DNA of 35,350 bases from an uncultured Bacilli bacterium (GTDB taxonomy: Bacteria; Bacillota_I; Bacilli_A; RF39; UBA660). The notes below the pieces were generated by a model that did not search any database, was not told the origin of the DNA, and saw only the letters and a program-made list of their open reading frames with translations. How positions within the stretch are numbered: the first letter of the stretch is position 1; every line of letters starts with the position of its first letter. Positions 1-9,969 of this stretch are shown in pieces. Made by a program: the position numbers and the translations under genes. The stretch covers positions 1-35,350 of the forward strand of contig CALVWH010000003.1 of the NCBI GenBank assembly GCA_944364705.1, read 5' to 3'.

Positions 1-93
1 CGAAGTATCTAAATTAGGTACTTTTTTTTAGTGAAAAAACTTGTAAAAGACTGAAAGAACATGATAAAATGAAAAAGAAAGAAGTGATAAAAT

Positions 94-1200
94 ATGAGTT
101 TAACAGCAGGAATCGTAGGACTTCCAAACGTTGGGAAATCAACCCTATTTAATGCCATCACAAAGAAAAACATTTTAGCAGCCAATTATCCTTTTGCAAC
201 CATTGATCCAAATGTAGGAACGGTTACTGTACCAGACAAACGATTAGAATACTTAAATGACCTTTATTTGCCAGAAAGATGCATTCCTACAACCTTTGAA
301 TTTACCGACATTGCCGGTCTTGTAAAAGGAGCAGCTCAAGGAGAAGGACTTGGAAATAAGTTTTTATCTCATATTCGAGAAGTAGATGCAATTTGTGAAG
401 TTGTTCGATGCTTTGAAGATGAAAACATCATTCATGTAGAAAACCATGTTGATCCGATTAGTGATATTGAAACCATTCACGTAGAATTGTTATTATCCGA
501 TTTAGAAATTATCGAAAATCGTCTATCAAAAATTGGAAAAAAAGCAGCAATGACAAAGGATAAAGAAACAAAAATTGAATATGATTTATTGATCAAATTA
601 AAAGAAACTCTTGAAAAAAATATACCAATTCGTAAGTTAGATTTAAACGAAGAAGAAAAAAAACGAATCAAAGCATTCCATTTAATCACAGAAAAACCAA
701 TCATCTATATGGCAAATGTTGGAGAAGATGATTTGATTACTGGTGGAAATGAATATACGAAAAGGGTAGAAGAATATGCGAAAAACGAAGGATCTGAAGT
801 TGTTATCGTAAGTGCGAAAATGGAATCCGAACTATCCGAATTATCCGAAGAAGACAAACATAATTTTTTAGAAGAATTAGGAATAAAAGAAAGTGGACTA
901 GATCAACTAATTAAAGCAACTTACCGTCTTCTTGGTTTAGCAACCTTCTTCACTGCTGGATCTGATGAATGCAAAGCATGGACATTTAGAAGAGGAATGA
1001 AAGCACCAGAATGTGCAGGAATTATTCATACCGATTTTGAAAAAGGATTTATTAAAGCAGAAGTAATTAGTTTTTCCGATTTAAAAACGTATGGTGATGA
1101 AAAAAAAGTAAAAGAAAATGGAAAATTACGATTAGAAGGAAAAGACTACGAAATGCAAGATGGAGATATTTGCCTTTTCCGATTTAATGTAAGCAAATAG
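94..1200 (+). CDS. ychF: Ribosome-binding ATPase YchF (Obg-like P-loop NTPase)
   Basis: N-terminal P-loop GIVGLPNVGKSTLFNAIT, DIAGLVKGA motif and C-terminal TGS-like region FIKAEV...DGDICLFRFNV. Length of 368 aa is typical. It sits upstream of rpsF-ssb-rpsR as in Bacillus. Confidence 0.95.
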   Translation: MSLTAGIVGLPNVGKSTLFNAITKKNILAANYPFATIDPNVGTVTVPDKRLEYLNDLYLPERCIPTTFEFTDIAGLVKGAAQGEGLGNKFLSHIREVDAICEVVRCFEDENIIHVENHVDPISDIETIHVELLLSDLEIIENRLSKIGKKAAMTKDKETKIEYDLLIKLKETLEKNIPIRKLDLNEEEKKRIKAFHLITEKPIIYMANVGEDDLITGGNEYTKRVEEYAKNEGSEVVIVSAKMESELSELSEEDKHNFLEELGIKESGLDQLIKATYRLLGLATFFTAGSDECKAWTFRRGMKAPECAGIIHTDFEKGFIKAEVISFSDLKTYGDEKKVKENGKLRLEGKDYEMQDGDICLFRFNVSK

Positions 1201-1208
1201 GAGGAAAA

Positions 1209-2105
1209 ATGAAAAAAACACTATTAATTATGGCGGCTGGAATGGGAAGTCGTTTTGGAGGATTAAAACAAATTGAACCGATTGGACCAAATGGAGAATT
1301 TTTAATTGATTATTCCATTTATGATGCCATTCAAAATGGATTTGATAAAGTCGTTTTTGTAATAAAAAAAGAAAACGAACAAATTTTTAAAGAAACCGTT
1401 GGAAATCGTATCTCTAAAAAAATAAAAGAAGAATATGCTTTTCAAGAAATGAAAGATTTACCAGAAGGATATCAAGTTCCAGAAGGAAGAGAAAAACCAT
1501 GGGGAACTGGACAAGCAATTTTATCAGCGAAAGATAAAATTCATGAACCATTTATTATCATTAATGCCGATGACTTTTATGGAAAAGAAGCTTATGCCGT
1601 TGCCAGTAAATTTTTAGATCAAAATCAAGAAGATACCTATGGAATTGTCGGTTATAAAGTAAAGAATACATTATCTGAAAATGGAGCTGTAAAAAGAGCA
1701 GTATGTCGTTTACAAGGAAATGAATTATTAGAACTAACAGAAAGCTCTATCGAAAAAACAGAAAAAGGAATTATCGCGACTCCATTAGATGGAAGAGATC
1801 CTTTTACCATTACTGAAGATACTTTAGTTTCTATGAATATGCTTTGTTTTACTCCAAGTATCTTTTCCTATTTAGAAAAAGAATTTCCAAAATTTTTAGA
1901 TTCTATGAAAGATCCATTAAAAAGCGAATATTTAATTCCAGATATTTTATGGAAAGCAAAACAAGAAAACTATGCATCTGTTTTCGTTTATCCAACGGAT
2001 GCTTCTTGGATTGGAATTACTTATAAAGAAGATAAACCACTCGCTTGCAAGAAAATAAAAGAAAAAATAGAAAAAGAAGAATATCCAGAACATCTTTGGA
2101 AATAA
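1209..2105 (+). CDS. Nucleotidyltransferase family protein (sugar-phosphate NTP-transferase fold)
   Basis: N-terminal LIMAAGMGSRFGGLKQ matches the GxGxR(F/L) nucleotide-binding signature of NTP_transferase enzymes. A later INADDFYG motif is present. Starts 8 nt after ychF with SD GGAGGA. The substrate cannot be inferred. Confidence 0.7.
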   Translation: MKKTLLIMAAGMGSRFGGLKQIEPIGPNGEFLIDYSIYDAIQNGFDKVVFVIKKENEQIFKETVGNRISKKIKEEYAFQEMKDLPEGYQVPEGREKPWGTGQAILSAKDKIHEPFIIINADDFYGKEAYAVASKFLDQNQEDTYGIVGYKVKNTLSENGAVKRAVCRLQGNELLELTESSIEKTEKGIIATPLDGRDPFTITEDTLVSMNMLCFTPSIFSYLEKEFPKFLDSMKDPLKSEYLIPDILWKAKQENYASVFVYPTDASWIGITYKEDKPLACKKIKEKIEKEEYPEHLWK

Positions 2106-2119
2106 GAAAGAAAAAAATG

Positions 2120-2148
2120 TTTACATTCTTTTCTTTTTTTGTTATAAT
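2120..2148 (+). promoter_or_regulatory. Sigma-A type promoter for rpsF-ssb-rpsR
   Basis: -35 TTTACA (2120-2125), 17-nt spacer ending in TG (extended -10), -10 TATAAT (2143-2148). Confidence 0.6.
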
Positions 2149-2214
2149 CTATAGCGAGTAGAAATTACTCCTTGCTTTTATAAAGCCGGATAGACCATAA
2201 GGAGGTGTAAAAAA

Positions 2215-2505
2215 ATGAATCAATATGAAATTATGTATCTAGTAAAACCTACAGTAGGAGAAGAAGATTTAAAAAAATTAAATGATAATTTACAAAAATC
2301 TTTAACTTCAAACGGAGCAAAAATTGTTGATTTTAAAGAACTTGGACAAAAAGAACTTGCATATGAAATCAATCATTTCCGTAGTGGATACTACTTCTTA
2401 TTTGTAGTTGAAGCAAACGATGATAAAGCAGTAAAAGAATTCGATCGTTTAGCACGAATCAACTCAGATATTCTTCGTCATTTAGTAACTAGAATAGACA
2501 AATAA
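2215..2505 (+). CDS. rpsF: 30S ribosomal protein S6
   Basis: MNQYEIMYLVKP... is an S6 N-terminus. SD AAGGAGGTG lies upstream. Gene order is rpsF-ssb-rpsR. Confidence 0.95.
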   Translation: MNQYEIMYLVKPTVGEEDLKKLNDNLQKSLTSNGAKIVDFKELGQKELAYEINHFRSGYYFLFVVEANDDKAVKEFDRLARINSDILRHLVTRIDK

Positions 2506-2520
2506 GAAAAGAGGTAAAAT

Positions 2521-2976
2521 ATGAATCGAGCATTATTAATTGGAAGATTAACAGCGAAACCAGAACTTCGCTATACCCCTTCTAATTTACCTTATACCCG
2601 TTTTTCGATTGCCATTAATCGAAACTATAGCAATCGTGATGGACAAAGGGAAACAGATTTTATTAACATTGTCGCTTGGAGAAATCAAGCAGAAAATGTA
2701 TGTAAATATTTAGATAAAGGAAGTTTGGTTGCGATCGAAGGTCGTATTCAAACTGGAAGTTATGATGATAAAGATGGAAATAAACGCTACAGTATGGATG
2801 TTGTAGCAGATAACGTTCAATTCTTAGAAAGTAAAAGCGCAAGAGCAAATAACGCTAGTAATGAACCAAGTCCTTATGATTACCAAGATAACGGACCTGC
2901 TAGCGTTAACGTAGAAGACGATCCATTTGCAGATTTCGGTGATAGCGTTTCCATTGATGATGACTTCTTAGAATAA
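2521..2976 (+). CDS. ssb: Single-stranded DNA-binding protein
   Basis: OB-fold N-terminus [22 protein letters not shown]...[12 protein letters not shown], a Gly/Asn/Pro-rich linker and an acidic tail IDDDFLE. Confidence 0.95.
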   Translation: MNRALLIGRLTAKPELRYTPSNLPYTRFSIAINRNYSNRDGQRETDFINIVAWRNQAENVCKYLDKGSLVAIEGRIQTGSYDDKDGNKRYSMDVVADNVQFLESKSARANNASNEPSPYDYQDNGPASVNVEDDPFADFGDSVSIDDDFLE

Positions 2977-2990
2977 GAAAGGAGATTCTT

Positions 2991-3209
2991 ATGCCAGAAA
3001 TTCGTAGAAAAAAAAGAAAAGTATGTCAAATGTGTACAGGAAAAACTGTAAATTATAAAAACGTAGAAGACTTAAAAAAATACGTAAGTGGTGAAAGAGG
3101 AAAAATTTTACCAAGAAGAGTTACAGGAAATTGTGCAAAACACCAAAGATTCATTGCTGGTGAAATAAAAAAAGCACGTCATATGGCATTACTTCCATTT
3201 GTAAAGTAG
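2991..3209 (+). CDS. rpsR: 30S ribosomal protein S18
   Basis: Contains [26 protein letters not shown], characteristic of S18. It follows ssb. Confidence 0.95.
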   Translation: MPEIRRKKRKVCQMCTGKTVNYKNVEDLKKYVSGERGKILPRRVTGNCAKHQRFIAGEIKKARHMALLPFVK

Positions 3210-3234
3210 TCAAAAATTTGATTACTTTTTTTTT
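3206..3234 (+). terminator. Rho-independent terminator after rpsR
   Basis: Stem GTAGTCAA / TTGATTAC (one G-U pair) with a short loop, followed by a T9 run. Confidence 0.7.
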
Positions 3235-3286
3235 CGTTTCTAAGAAAATATGCTATAATTTTTTTAGAAAGTATTGAGGTGTCATC

Positions 3287-4702
3287 ATGGAAAAAAAGAG
3301 TGCATTGAAAACGTATTGGTCATCTTTAGAAAAAAGAGAAAAAATCATTTTTCTTTTCTTTCTTTTTATACTTACTTGTTCTTTCTTTTATTTAATCTTC
3401 TTTCCACAAATTCATTTAAAAGGAAAACAAGAAATAAAATTAAATTATCAAGAATCATATAAAGAACCTGGTTACTCTGCAGAATTTTTAGGAAAAGACT
3501 TAAGCTCTAAAATCCACGTTAAAAATTCCGTTGATATAAACCATTTAGGAACCTATCAAATCGAATATTCCTTACGGACATTTCCTTTCTATACAAAAAC
3601 GGTTCGGAAAGTTACCGTTGGAGATTATGAAAAACCAGTACTTACCTTAAAAGGGTCGGAAACTGCTAGAGTATGTCCAAATCAAGAATATCAAGAAGAA
3701 GGATATGAAGTTACGGACAATTATGATAAAGATCTAAAAGATCAGGTTAAAGTAAAAAAAGAAAAAGATAAAATTACTTATACCGTAACCGATTCTTCAA
3801 AAAATAAAACAACCATAACAAGACATTTAAAATATGAAGATGTGGAGAAACCAGAATTAACGCTAAAAGGAAGTCAGACAATGTCTTTAGAAGTTGGCCA
3901 GACATATAAAGAACCCGGATATCAAGCAATTGATAATTGCAATGGAAATTTAACCGATAAAGTAACGGTTGAAGGAAGTGTTAATACTTCAAAAGCAGGA
4001 ACTTATGAACTTCACTATAAAATAAAAGACGAATCAGGAAATGAAACAACCGCCACAAGAAAAGTGCAAGTATATGCGAAAAGTTATGTATCCTCTGGTT
4101 GTGGTTATGGAGGAGATATCTATTTAACCTTTGATGATGGTCCAGGAGCAGGGACCTCTAAAATTTTAGATGTTTTAAAAGAAGAAGGAGTAAAAGCAAC
4201 CTTTTTCGTTACCGCATCTGGAAGTGATGCGCTAATTAAACGAGCATATCAAGAAGGACATACCATCGCATTACATACTGCAAGCCATAATTATGCAAAA
4301 ATATATTCTTCTGTGGATAACTATTTTGCTGATTTAAAAGTCGTTTCCGATCGAGTAAAACGAATTACGGGAGTAGAATCTAAATATATTCGTTTCCCTG
4401 GAGGCAGTAGTAATACCATTAGTAGAAATTATCATCTTGGAATTATGACTGCCCTAACCAATGAAGTTTTAAACCGTGGATATAAATACTTTGATTGGAA
4501 CATTGATTCCAACGATGCAGGAGCTTGTGCTTCCAAAAATCCTACCGCATCTTGTGTTTATGAACATGTTACAAAGTATTTATCGAAAAGTCGCTGCAAC
4601 ATGGTTTTGATGCATGATGTAAAAAATTATACAGCAGATGCTCTTAGAGATATCATCCGTTATGGAAAAGAAAATGGATATACCTTTAAAGAAAAAAATT
4701 AA
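3287..4702 (+). CDS. Membrane-anchored polysaccharide deacetylase (NodB homology domain) with three Ig-like repeats
   Basis: N-terminal hydrophobic anchor IIFLFFLFILTCSFFYLIFF. Three repeats of the type YKEPGY...D..D.L..KV.....V....GTY.. resemble DUF5011/Ig-like modules. The C-terminal domain has LTFDDGPG and LHTASHNY, the NodB metal/catalytic motifs. Confidence 0.8.
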   Translation: MEKKSALKTYWSSLEKREKIIFLFFLFILTCSFFYLIFFPQIHLKGKQEIKLNYQESYKEPGYSAEFLGKDLSSKIHVKNSVDINHLGTYQIEYSLRTFPFYTKTVRKVTVGDYEKPVLTLKGSETARVCPNQEYQEEGYEVTDNYDKDLKDQVKVKKEKDKITYTVTDSSKNKTTITRHLKYEDVEKPELTLKGSQTMSLEVGQTYKEPGYQAIDNCNGNLTDKVTVEGSVNTSKAGTYELHYKIKDESGNETTATRKVQVYAKSYVSSGCGYGGDIYLTFDDGPGAGTSKILDVLKEEGVKATFFVTASGSDALIKRAYQEGHTIALHTASHNYAKIYSSVDNYFADLKVVSDRVKRITGVESKYIRFPGGSSNTISRNYHLGIMTALTNEVLNRGYKYFDWNIDSNDAGACASKNPTASCVYEHVTKYLSKSRCNMVLMHDVKNYTADALRDIIRYGKENGYTFKEKN

Positions 4703-4751
4703 AGTATTTGAATGGTAAATAATAAAGTAAATAATTAGTTTAACGAAAAAA

Positions 4752-4790
4752 AGCAAGTAAAAAGAAAAAAGTACTTGCTTTTTTTTTTTC
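4752..4790 (+). terminator. Rho-independent terminator after the deacetylase gene
   Basis: Stem AGCAAGTA / TACTTGCT (8 bp), 12-nt A-rich loop, then a T11 run. Confidence 0.8.
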
Positions 4791-4803
4791 TTTTTAGTAT
4801 AAT
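4775..4803 (+). promoter_or_regulatory. Candidate promoter of the S10 operon
   Basis: -35 TTGCTT (4775-4780, inside the terminator 3' arm), 17-nt spacer, -10 TATAAT (4798-4803). It would give a ~130-nt leader before rpsJ. Confidence 0.5.
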
Positions 4804-4934
4804 TTTGTATGTGTGACATGCATTGATGTGTGAGGTTGCTGAAACACCCGGTTAAGTTGTTAGTAAATAAAATCGGATTTCAGGTTTTTACACGGAGCTA
4901 GTCTATACAAGATATAGGCGAAGGGAGGATATTA

Positions 4935-5240
4935 ATGTCTAACAAAAAATTAAATGTTAAGTTAAAATCGTATGATCACAAAAAAATTGATTTAGCTTGC
5001 GCTAAAATTGTGGATACGGTAAAACGTTCAGGAGGAAAAATTAGTGGTCCAGTTCCACTACCAACCGAAGTTGAAAAAATTACCATTTTAAGAGCTGTTC
5101 ACAAAGACAAAGATTCACGTGAACAATTCGAAAGAAGAACCCACAAAAGACTTATTGTGATTAACGAACCAAGCAAAGAGACAATTGAAGCACTACAAAG
5201 AGTAGAAATACCAAGTGGTGTTGATGTACAAGTAAAATAG
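4935..5240 (+). CDS. rpsJ: 30S ribosomal protein S10
   Basis: [35 protein letters not shown] is S10. SD AAGGGAGGA upstream. First gene of the S10 operon. Confidence 0.97.
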   Translation: MSNKKLNVKLKSYDHKKIDLACAKIVDTVKRSGGKISGPVPLPTEVEKITILRAVHKDKDSREQFERRTHKRLIVINEPSKETIEALQRVEIPSGVDVQVK

Positions 5241-5253
5241 GAGGATGAAGGAA

Positions 5254-5988
5254 ATGAAAGGAATCTTAGGTCGTAAATACGGAATGACACAAGTATTCAC
5301 CAAAAGTGGAAAATTGATTCCTGTAACGGTAATTGAAGTTGAACCAAATGTCGTTACACAAATCAAAACAAAAGAAAATGATGGATACGAAGCTGTTCAA
5401 TTAGGATTTAGTACCAAAAGAGAAAAATTAGCAAACAAAGCCGAAATGGGACATGTTAGCAAAGCCAATACGACACCTAAGCGCTTCTTAAGAGAAATTA
5501 AAGGTGTTAATATTGCAGATTATACTTTAGGACAAGAAATCACTTGTGATATTTTTGCCGAAGGAGAAATGGTTGACGTTACAGGAGTAACCAAAGGAAA
5601 AGGATTCCAAGGTGTTATCAAACGTCATGGACAACATCGTGGACCTATGGGACATGGTTCACATTATCATAGAAGACCAGGTTCTATGGGAACTATGAGA
5701 CCAATGCGTGTATTCAAAGGTAAAAAATTACCAGGACATATGGGTGGTCTTACCGTTACAATTCAAAATCTTGAAATCGTAGCAGTAGATGTAGAAAATA
5801 ATTTGATTTTAGTAAAAGGAAATGTTCCTGGTGCTAAAAAATCAATGGTTATTATTAGAACCGCAGTAAAAAATCCAGGTAAAATCAACGAAAGAGAAGA
5901 TCTTATCTCTTACGAAGAAAAATCTTTGACACCAGAGGCTCAATCTACTTTAGAAAGTACTGCAGAAGAAACTGCAAAAGCTGAGTAA
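5254..5988 (+). CDS. rplC: 50S ribosomal protein L3
   Basis: [15 protein letters not shown] is the L3 N-terminus. The track start at 5245 abuts the SD AGGAGG (5239-5244), whereas ATG 5254 has 9-nt spacing, so 5254 is preferred. Confidence 0.95.
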   Translation: MKGILGRKYGMTQVFTKSGKLIPVTVIEVEPNVVTQIKTKENDGYEAVQLGFSTKREKLANKAEMGHVSKANTTPKRFLREIKGVNIADYTLGQEITCDIFAEGEMVDVTGVTKGKGFQGVIKRHGQHRGPMGHGSHYHRRPGSMGTMRPMRVFKGKKLPGHMGGLTVTIQNLEIVAVDVENNLILVKGNVPGAKKSMVIIRTAVKNPGKINEREDLISYEEKSLTPEAQSTLESTAEETAKAE

Positions 5989-6001
5989 GGAGGAAATATA
6001 G

Positions 6002-6622
6002 ATGGGAAAAGTATCTGTATTAAATAGCAAAGGTGAAAAAGTAAATGACGTATCTTTAAATAAAGAAATCTGGGAAATTACACCAAACGATGCGGTATTA
6101 TTTGATGCAATTGTTTTAGCTCGTAATGCGCAAAGACAAGGGACTGCTTCTACAAAAACTCGTGCAGAAGTTTCTGGTGGAGGAAGAAAACCATGGAGAC
6201 AAAAAGGTACTGGTAGAGCTCGTCAAGGAAGTACAAGAGCTCCACATTGGTATCATGGTGGAATTGTTTTCGGACCAAAACCAAGAAGTTACAAATCAAA
6301 AATGAATCGCAAAGAAAGAAGACTTGCTTTAAAATCTGCTTTAGCTTATAAAGCATTAAATAAAGAATTAATTGTTTTAGATGCGTTAAACGTTGCACCA
6401 AAAACAAAAGAAATGAAACAAATTTTAGATAATTTAAAAATTGAAAAAACAGCACTTATTGTTGTTGATAATTTAACGGAAGATTTAATCTTAGCTACAA
6501 GAAATTTAGCCAATGTACTTTTACTTGAAGCAAACGAACTAAATGTGTTAGACATTGTTTCATGTGAAAACTTAATTATTACCGAAGAAGCATTGAAAAA
6601 AATTGAGGAGGTGCTTATTTAA
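6002..6622 (+). CDS. rplD: 50S ribosomal protein L4
   Basis: [19 protein letters not shown] motif and conserved operon position. Confidence 0.97.
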   Translation: MGKVSVLNSKGEKVNDVSLNKEIWEITPNDAVLFDAIVLARNAQRQGTASTKTRAEVSGGGRKPWRQKGTGRARQGSTRAPHWYHGGIVFGPKPRSYKSKMNRKERRLALKSALAYKALNKELIVLDALNVAPKTKEMKQILDNLKIEKTALIVVDNLTEDLILATRNLANVLLLEANELNVLDIVSCENLIITEEALKKIEEVLI

Positions 6623-6900
6623 TGAGTAATTATAGTGATCTTATCAAAGCACCAATCATTACCGAAAAAAGTAGTGATTTAGCCAAAAATAATACGTATG
6701 TATTTAGCGTTGATGTAAAAGCAAATAAAATACAAATTAAACAAGCAATTGAAAAACTTTTCGATGTAAAAGTAGAAAACGTTAACATTATTAACGTTAA
6801 ACCAAAGAAAAAAAGAGTAGGACGCTATACTGGAAAAACAAATAAAGTAAAAAAAGCAATTGTTAAATTAAAAGAAGGAAGTTCAATTGAACTTAATTAA
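6622..6900 (+). CDS. rplW: 50S ribosomal protein L23
   Basis: [11 protein letters not shown] start. TAATG stop/start overlap with rplD. Confidence 0.95.
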   Translation: MSNYSDLIKAPIITEKSSDLAKNNTYVFSVDVKANKIQIKQAIEKLFDVKVENVNIINVKPKKKRVGRYTGKTNKVKKAIVKLKEGSSIELN

Positions 6901-6917
6901 TCCAAAGGAGGGTAAAA

Positions 6918-7748
6918 ATGGCTATTAAGAATTTTAAACCAATGACCAACGGAACAAGAGGAATGTCAAAATTACTTAATGAAGAAATTACAAAAACGAC
7001 TCCTGAAAAATCATTGGTAGTAACATTAAATAAAAATGGTGGTCGTAACAACCAAGGACGAATTACGGTAAGACATCGTGGTGGAGGAGCAAAAAGAAAA
7101 TATCGTATTATTGACTTTAAAAGAAACAAAGACAACGTCGTTGGTACCGTATCATCCATTGAATACGATCCAAATCGTAGTGCTAACATTGCTTTAATTC
7201 ACTATGAAGATGGTGAAAAAAGATATATTATTGCTCCAAAAGGATTAAAAGTAGGGGATAAAATCGAAAGTGGAGAACATGTAGATATTAAAGTTGGAAA
7301 TGCATTGCCACTTGCAAATATTCCAGAAGGAACCAGTATTCACAACATTGAATTAAAAGAAGGAAAAGGTGGACAAATGGCACGTTCTGCTGGTTCTTCT
7401 GTACAAATCCTTGGACAAGAAGGAAAATATACTTTATTAAGACTTACAAGCGGAGAAGTTCGTAAAGTATTATCAAAATGCCGCGCAACGATCGGTGAAG
7501 TTGGAAATGAAGATCATGAATTAGTTTCCTTAGGAAAAGCTGGACGTAAAAGACATATGGGAATTCGTCCAACCGTTCGTGGATCTGTTATGAACCCAAA
7601 TGATCACCCACATGGTGGAGGAGAAGGTCGTGCTCCAATCGGACGTAAAGGGCCAGTTACTCCTTGGGGAAAACCAGCTTTGGGATATAAAACTAGAAAA
7701 AATAACAAAGCTTCAGACAAATTAATTGTTCGTCGTCGTAAAAAATAG
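6918..7748 (+). CDS. rplB: 50S ribosomal protein L2
   Basis: [16 protein letters not shown] and [17 protein letters not shown] motifs. Confidence 0.97.
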   Translation: MAIKNFKPMTNGTRGMSKLLNEEITKTTPEKSLVVTLNKNGGRNNQGRITVRHRGGGAKRKYRIIDFKRNKDNVVGTVSSIEYDPNRSANIALIHYEDGEKRYIIAPKGLKVGDKIESGEHVDIKVGNALPLANIPEGTSIHNIELKEGKGGQMARSAGSSVQILGQEGKYTLLRLTSGEVRKVLSKCRATIGEVGNEDHELVSLGKAGRKRHMGIRPTVRGSVMNPNDHPHGGGEGRAPIGRKGPVTPWGKPALGYKTRKNNKASDKLIVRRRKK

Positions 7749-7766
7749 TGAAAGGATGGGAATGTA

Positions 7767-8039
7767 ATGGCTAGAAGTTTAAAAAAAGGACCTTTTGCTG
7801 ATGAAAGTTTACTAAAAAAAGTAGCAAAAGCAAAAGAATCTGGAAAAAAAGAAATCATTAAAACATGGTCACGTCGTTCAACAATTTTTCCTGATTTCGT
7901 AGGTCTTACAATCGCTGTTCATAATGGGAAACAACATGTTCCTGTATATATTACAGAAGATATGGTAGGACACAAACTAGGGGAATTTGTTTTAACTCGT
8001 ACATTTGGTGGACACGGTGAAGATAAGAAGAAAAAATAA
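7767..8039 (+). CDS. rpsS: 30S ribosomal protein S19
   Basis: [10 protein letters not shown]...[23 protein letters not shown]. Confidence 0.97.
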   Translation: MARSLKKGPFADESLLKKVAKAKESGKKEIIKTWSRRSTIFPDFVGLTIAVHNGKQHVPVYITEDMVGHKLGEFVLTRTFGGHGEDKKKK

Positions 8040-8059
8040 TACCAGGGAGGAGGACTAAA

Positions 8060-8392
8060 ATGGAAGCAAAAGCAGTTGCAAAAACACTTCGTATTGCACC
8101 TCGTAAAGCTCGTTTAGTTATAGATTTAATTAGAGGAAAAAGTGTTGTTGAAGCAGATACAATTTTAGCAAACATCAACAAAGAAGGAGCAAGACTTTCA
8201 AGAAAAGTTTTAACTTCTGCAGTTGCAAATGCGGAAAACAACCTAGGATTAGATAAAACAAAATTATATGTAAAAGAAGCCTATGTTAATGAAGGGCAAA
8301 CAATGAAAAGAATGAAATTTGGATCAAGAGGACATGTAGATCCTATCAAAAAGAGAACCAGTCATATAACAATTGTTGTAGGTGAAAAATAA
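8060..8392 (+). CDS. rplV: 50S ribosomal protein L22
   Basis: AKTLRIAPRKARLVIDLIRGK is typical of L22. Confidence 0.97.
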   Translation: MEAKAVAKTLRIAPRKARLVIDLIRGKSVVEADTILANINKEGARLSRKVLTSAVANAENNLGLDKTKLYVKEAYVNEGQTMKRMKFGSRGHVDPIKKRTSHITIVVGEK

Positions 8393-8410
8393 GCAAAGGA
8401 GGTTTCATGG

Positions 8411-9097
8411 ATGGGACAAAAAGTTAGTCCAAATGGACTTAGATTGGGAATTAAAGGTCAAAACAAAACATGGCAATCAAATTGGTTTGCTGAAAAAGAT
8501 TTTGCAAAGTTCATTGAAAAAGATAATAAAATCAGAACATTCTTAGAAAAAAGATTAAAAGATGCATCTGTTTCTAGTATTTTGATTGATCGAATCAAAG
8601 ATAAAACAGAAGTTACCATCAATACAGCAAAACCAGGAGTTGTTATTGGACATGGTGGAGACGAAATTGAAAAAATCAGAAAAGATTTAGCAAAATTAGT
8701 AGACGAAAACGTTACAATTGCAATTAAAGAAATTAAAAATCCAGATATGGATGCAGCATTAGTCGCTGAAAATATTGCTCATCAAATTGAAAACAGAGTT
8801 TCATTCCGTATTGCTCAAAAAAGAGCGATTCGTAATACAATGAAAGCCGGAGCAAAAGGAATTAAAACTGCTGTTTCTGGTAGACTTGGTGGAGCAGATA
8901 TGGCGAGAACCGAAGGATATACAGAAGGAAATATTCCTCTTCATACTTTAAGAGCTGATATTGATTATGCTGTAAAAGAAGCAGACACAACTTATGGAAA
9001 AATTGGTGTCAAAGTATGGATCTACAAAGGTGAAATCCTTCCAGATAAGAAAAAAGAGGGAGGTAATGTAAATGGCAGTCATACCAAAAAGAACTAA
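8411..9097 (+). CDS. rpsC: 30S ribosomal protein S3
   Basis: [13 protein letters not shown]... and a KH-domain GVVIGHGG motif. Confidence 0.97.
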   Translation: MGQKVSPNGLRLGIKGQNKTWQSNWFAEKDFAKFIEKDNKIRTFLEKRLKDASVSSILIDRIKDKTEVTINTAKPGVVIGHGGDEIEKIRKDLAKLVDENVTIAIKEIKNPDMDAALVAENIAHQIENRVSFRIAQKRAIRNTMKAGAKGIKTAVSGRLGGADMARTEGYTEGNIPLHTLRADIDYAVKEADTTYGKIGVKVWIYKGEILPDKKKEGGNVNGSHTKKN

Positions 9098-9503
9098 ATA
9101 TCGTAGACCTCATCGTTTAACTTATGAAGGAAAAGCCAAAGGAAATACTTCTCTTCATTTTGGAGAATATGGATTAAAGGCTGAAGAAGGTTCTTACATT
9201 ACACAAAACCAAATTGAAGCAGCTCGTGTAGCGATGACTCGTTATATGAAACGTGGTGGAAAAGTATGGATTAATATTTTTCCTCATTGGTCACTTACGA
9301 AAAAACCATTAGAAACTCGTATGGGTAAAGGAAAAGGTGCACCAGAAGAATGGGTTGCTGTTGTTAAAAAAGGAAAAATTATGTTTGAAGTTGGAGGCGT
9401 TTCAGAAGAAATCGCAAGGGAAGCCTTACGTTTAGCTATGCACAAGCTTCCAATTAAATGTAAATTTGTAAAAAAAGAAAGTGGTGAAGCTTGTGAAAAT
9501 TAG
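9072..9503 (+). CDS. rplP: 50S ribosomal protein L16
   Basis: [12 protein letters not shown] and [17 protein letters not shown] motifs. It overlaps the rpsC 3' end by 26 nt, with SD GAGGGAGG upstream. Confidence 0.96.
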   Translation: MAVIPKRTKYRRPHRLTYEGKAKGNTSLHFGEYGLKAEEGSYITQNQIEAARVAMTRYMKRGGKVWINIFPHWSLTKKPLETRMGKGKGAPEEWVAVVKKGKIMFEVGGVSEEIAREALRLAMHKLPIKCKFVKKESGEACEN

Positions 9504-9681
9504 TGAAATCAGAGAATTAACAAACGAAGATTTAAACAACAAAATTGCTGAAGCCAAAAAAGAATTATTAAATTTACGTTTTAGTAAAGCTAGTGGAAAT
9601 TTAGAAAAACAAGCACGTATTAAAGAACTTAGAAAACAAGTAGCACGGATGAAAACCGTTTTACGGGAAAGAGAAATATAG
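9493..9681 (+). CDS. rpmC: 50S ribosomal protein L29
   Basis: [29 protein letters not shown] is L29. A GTG at 9493 gives the family-typical N-terminus. The track start at 9481 (also GTG) is possible. Confidence 0.9.
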   Translation: MKISEIRELTNEDLNNKIAEAKKELLNLRFSKASGNLEKQARIKELRKQVARMKTVLREREI

Positions 9682-9690
9682 GAGGTATAT

Positions 9691-9945
9691 ATGGAGAAAA
9701 AAGCTCGAGAATTAGTTGGAAAAGTCGTAAGTGCAAAAGATAAAACAATCCATGTTTTAATCGAAACTTACAAAGTCGATCCATTATACAAAAAACGTGT
9801 AAAATATTCTAAAAAATATGCAGCACATGATGAAAAAAATATTGCTAAAGTTGGAGATAAAGTCCGTATTGCGGAAACTAGACCATTATCAAAAACAAAA
9901 AGATATCGTTTAGTAGAAATTGTCGAAAAGGCAATCATTTTATAA
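9691..9945 (+). CDS. rpsQ: 30S ribosomal protein S17
   Basis: [16 protein letters not shown]...[10 protein letters not shown]...[17 protein letters not shown]. Confidence 0.96.
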   Translation: MEKKARELVGKVVSAKDKTIHVLIETYKVDPLYKKRVKYSKKYAAHDEKNIAKVGDKVRIAETRPLSKTKRYRLVEIVEKAIIL

Positions 9946-9969
9946 ACCGAATGATAAGGAGGATTTCAT

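Noticed and set aside
3274-3462. 62-aa + strand ORF overlapping the 5' end of the deacetylase gene in another frame. The 60-aa ORF at 1844-2026 inside the nucleotidyltransferase gene is the same kind of case.
   Set aside because: These are alternative frames of genes with clear domain signatures. The ATG at 3287 is correctly spaced from the GAGGTG SD.
4580-4819. 79-aa minus-strand ORF spanning the deacetylase 3' end and the terminator/promoter region. Similar cases are the minus-strand ORFs at 25484-25750 and 25787-25996.
   Set aside because: They cross terminator hairpins and promoter elements, are poly-Lys/Phe low-complexity, and lack an SD. They are most likely artefacts.
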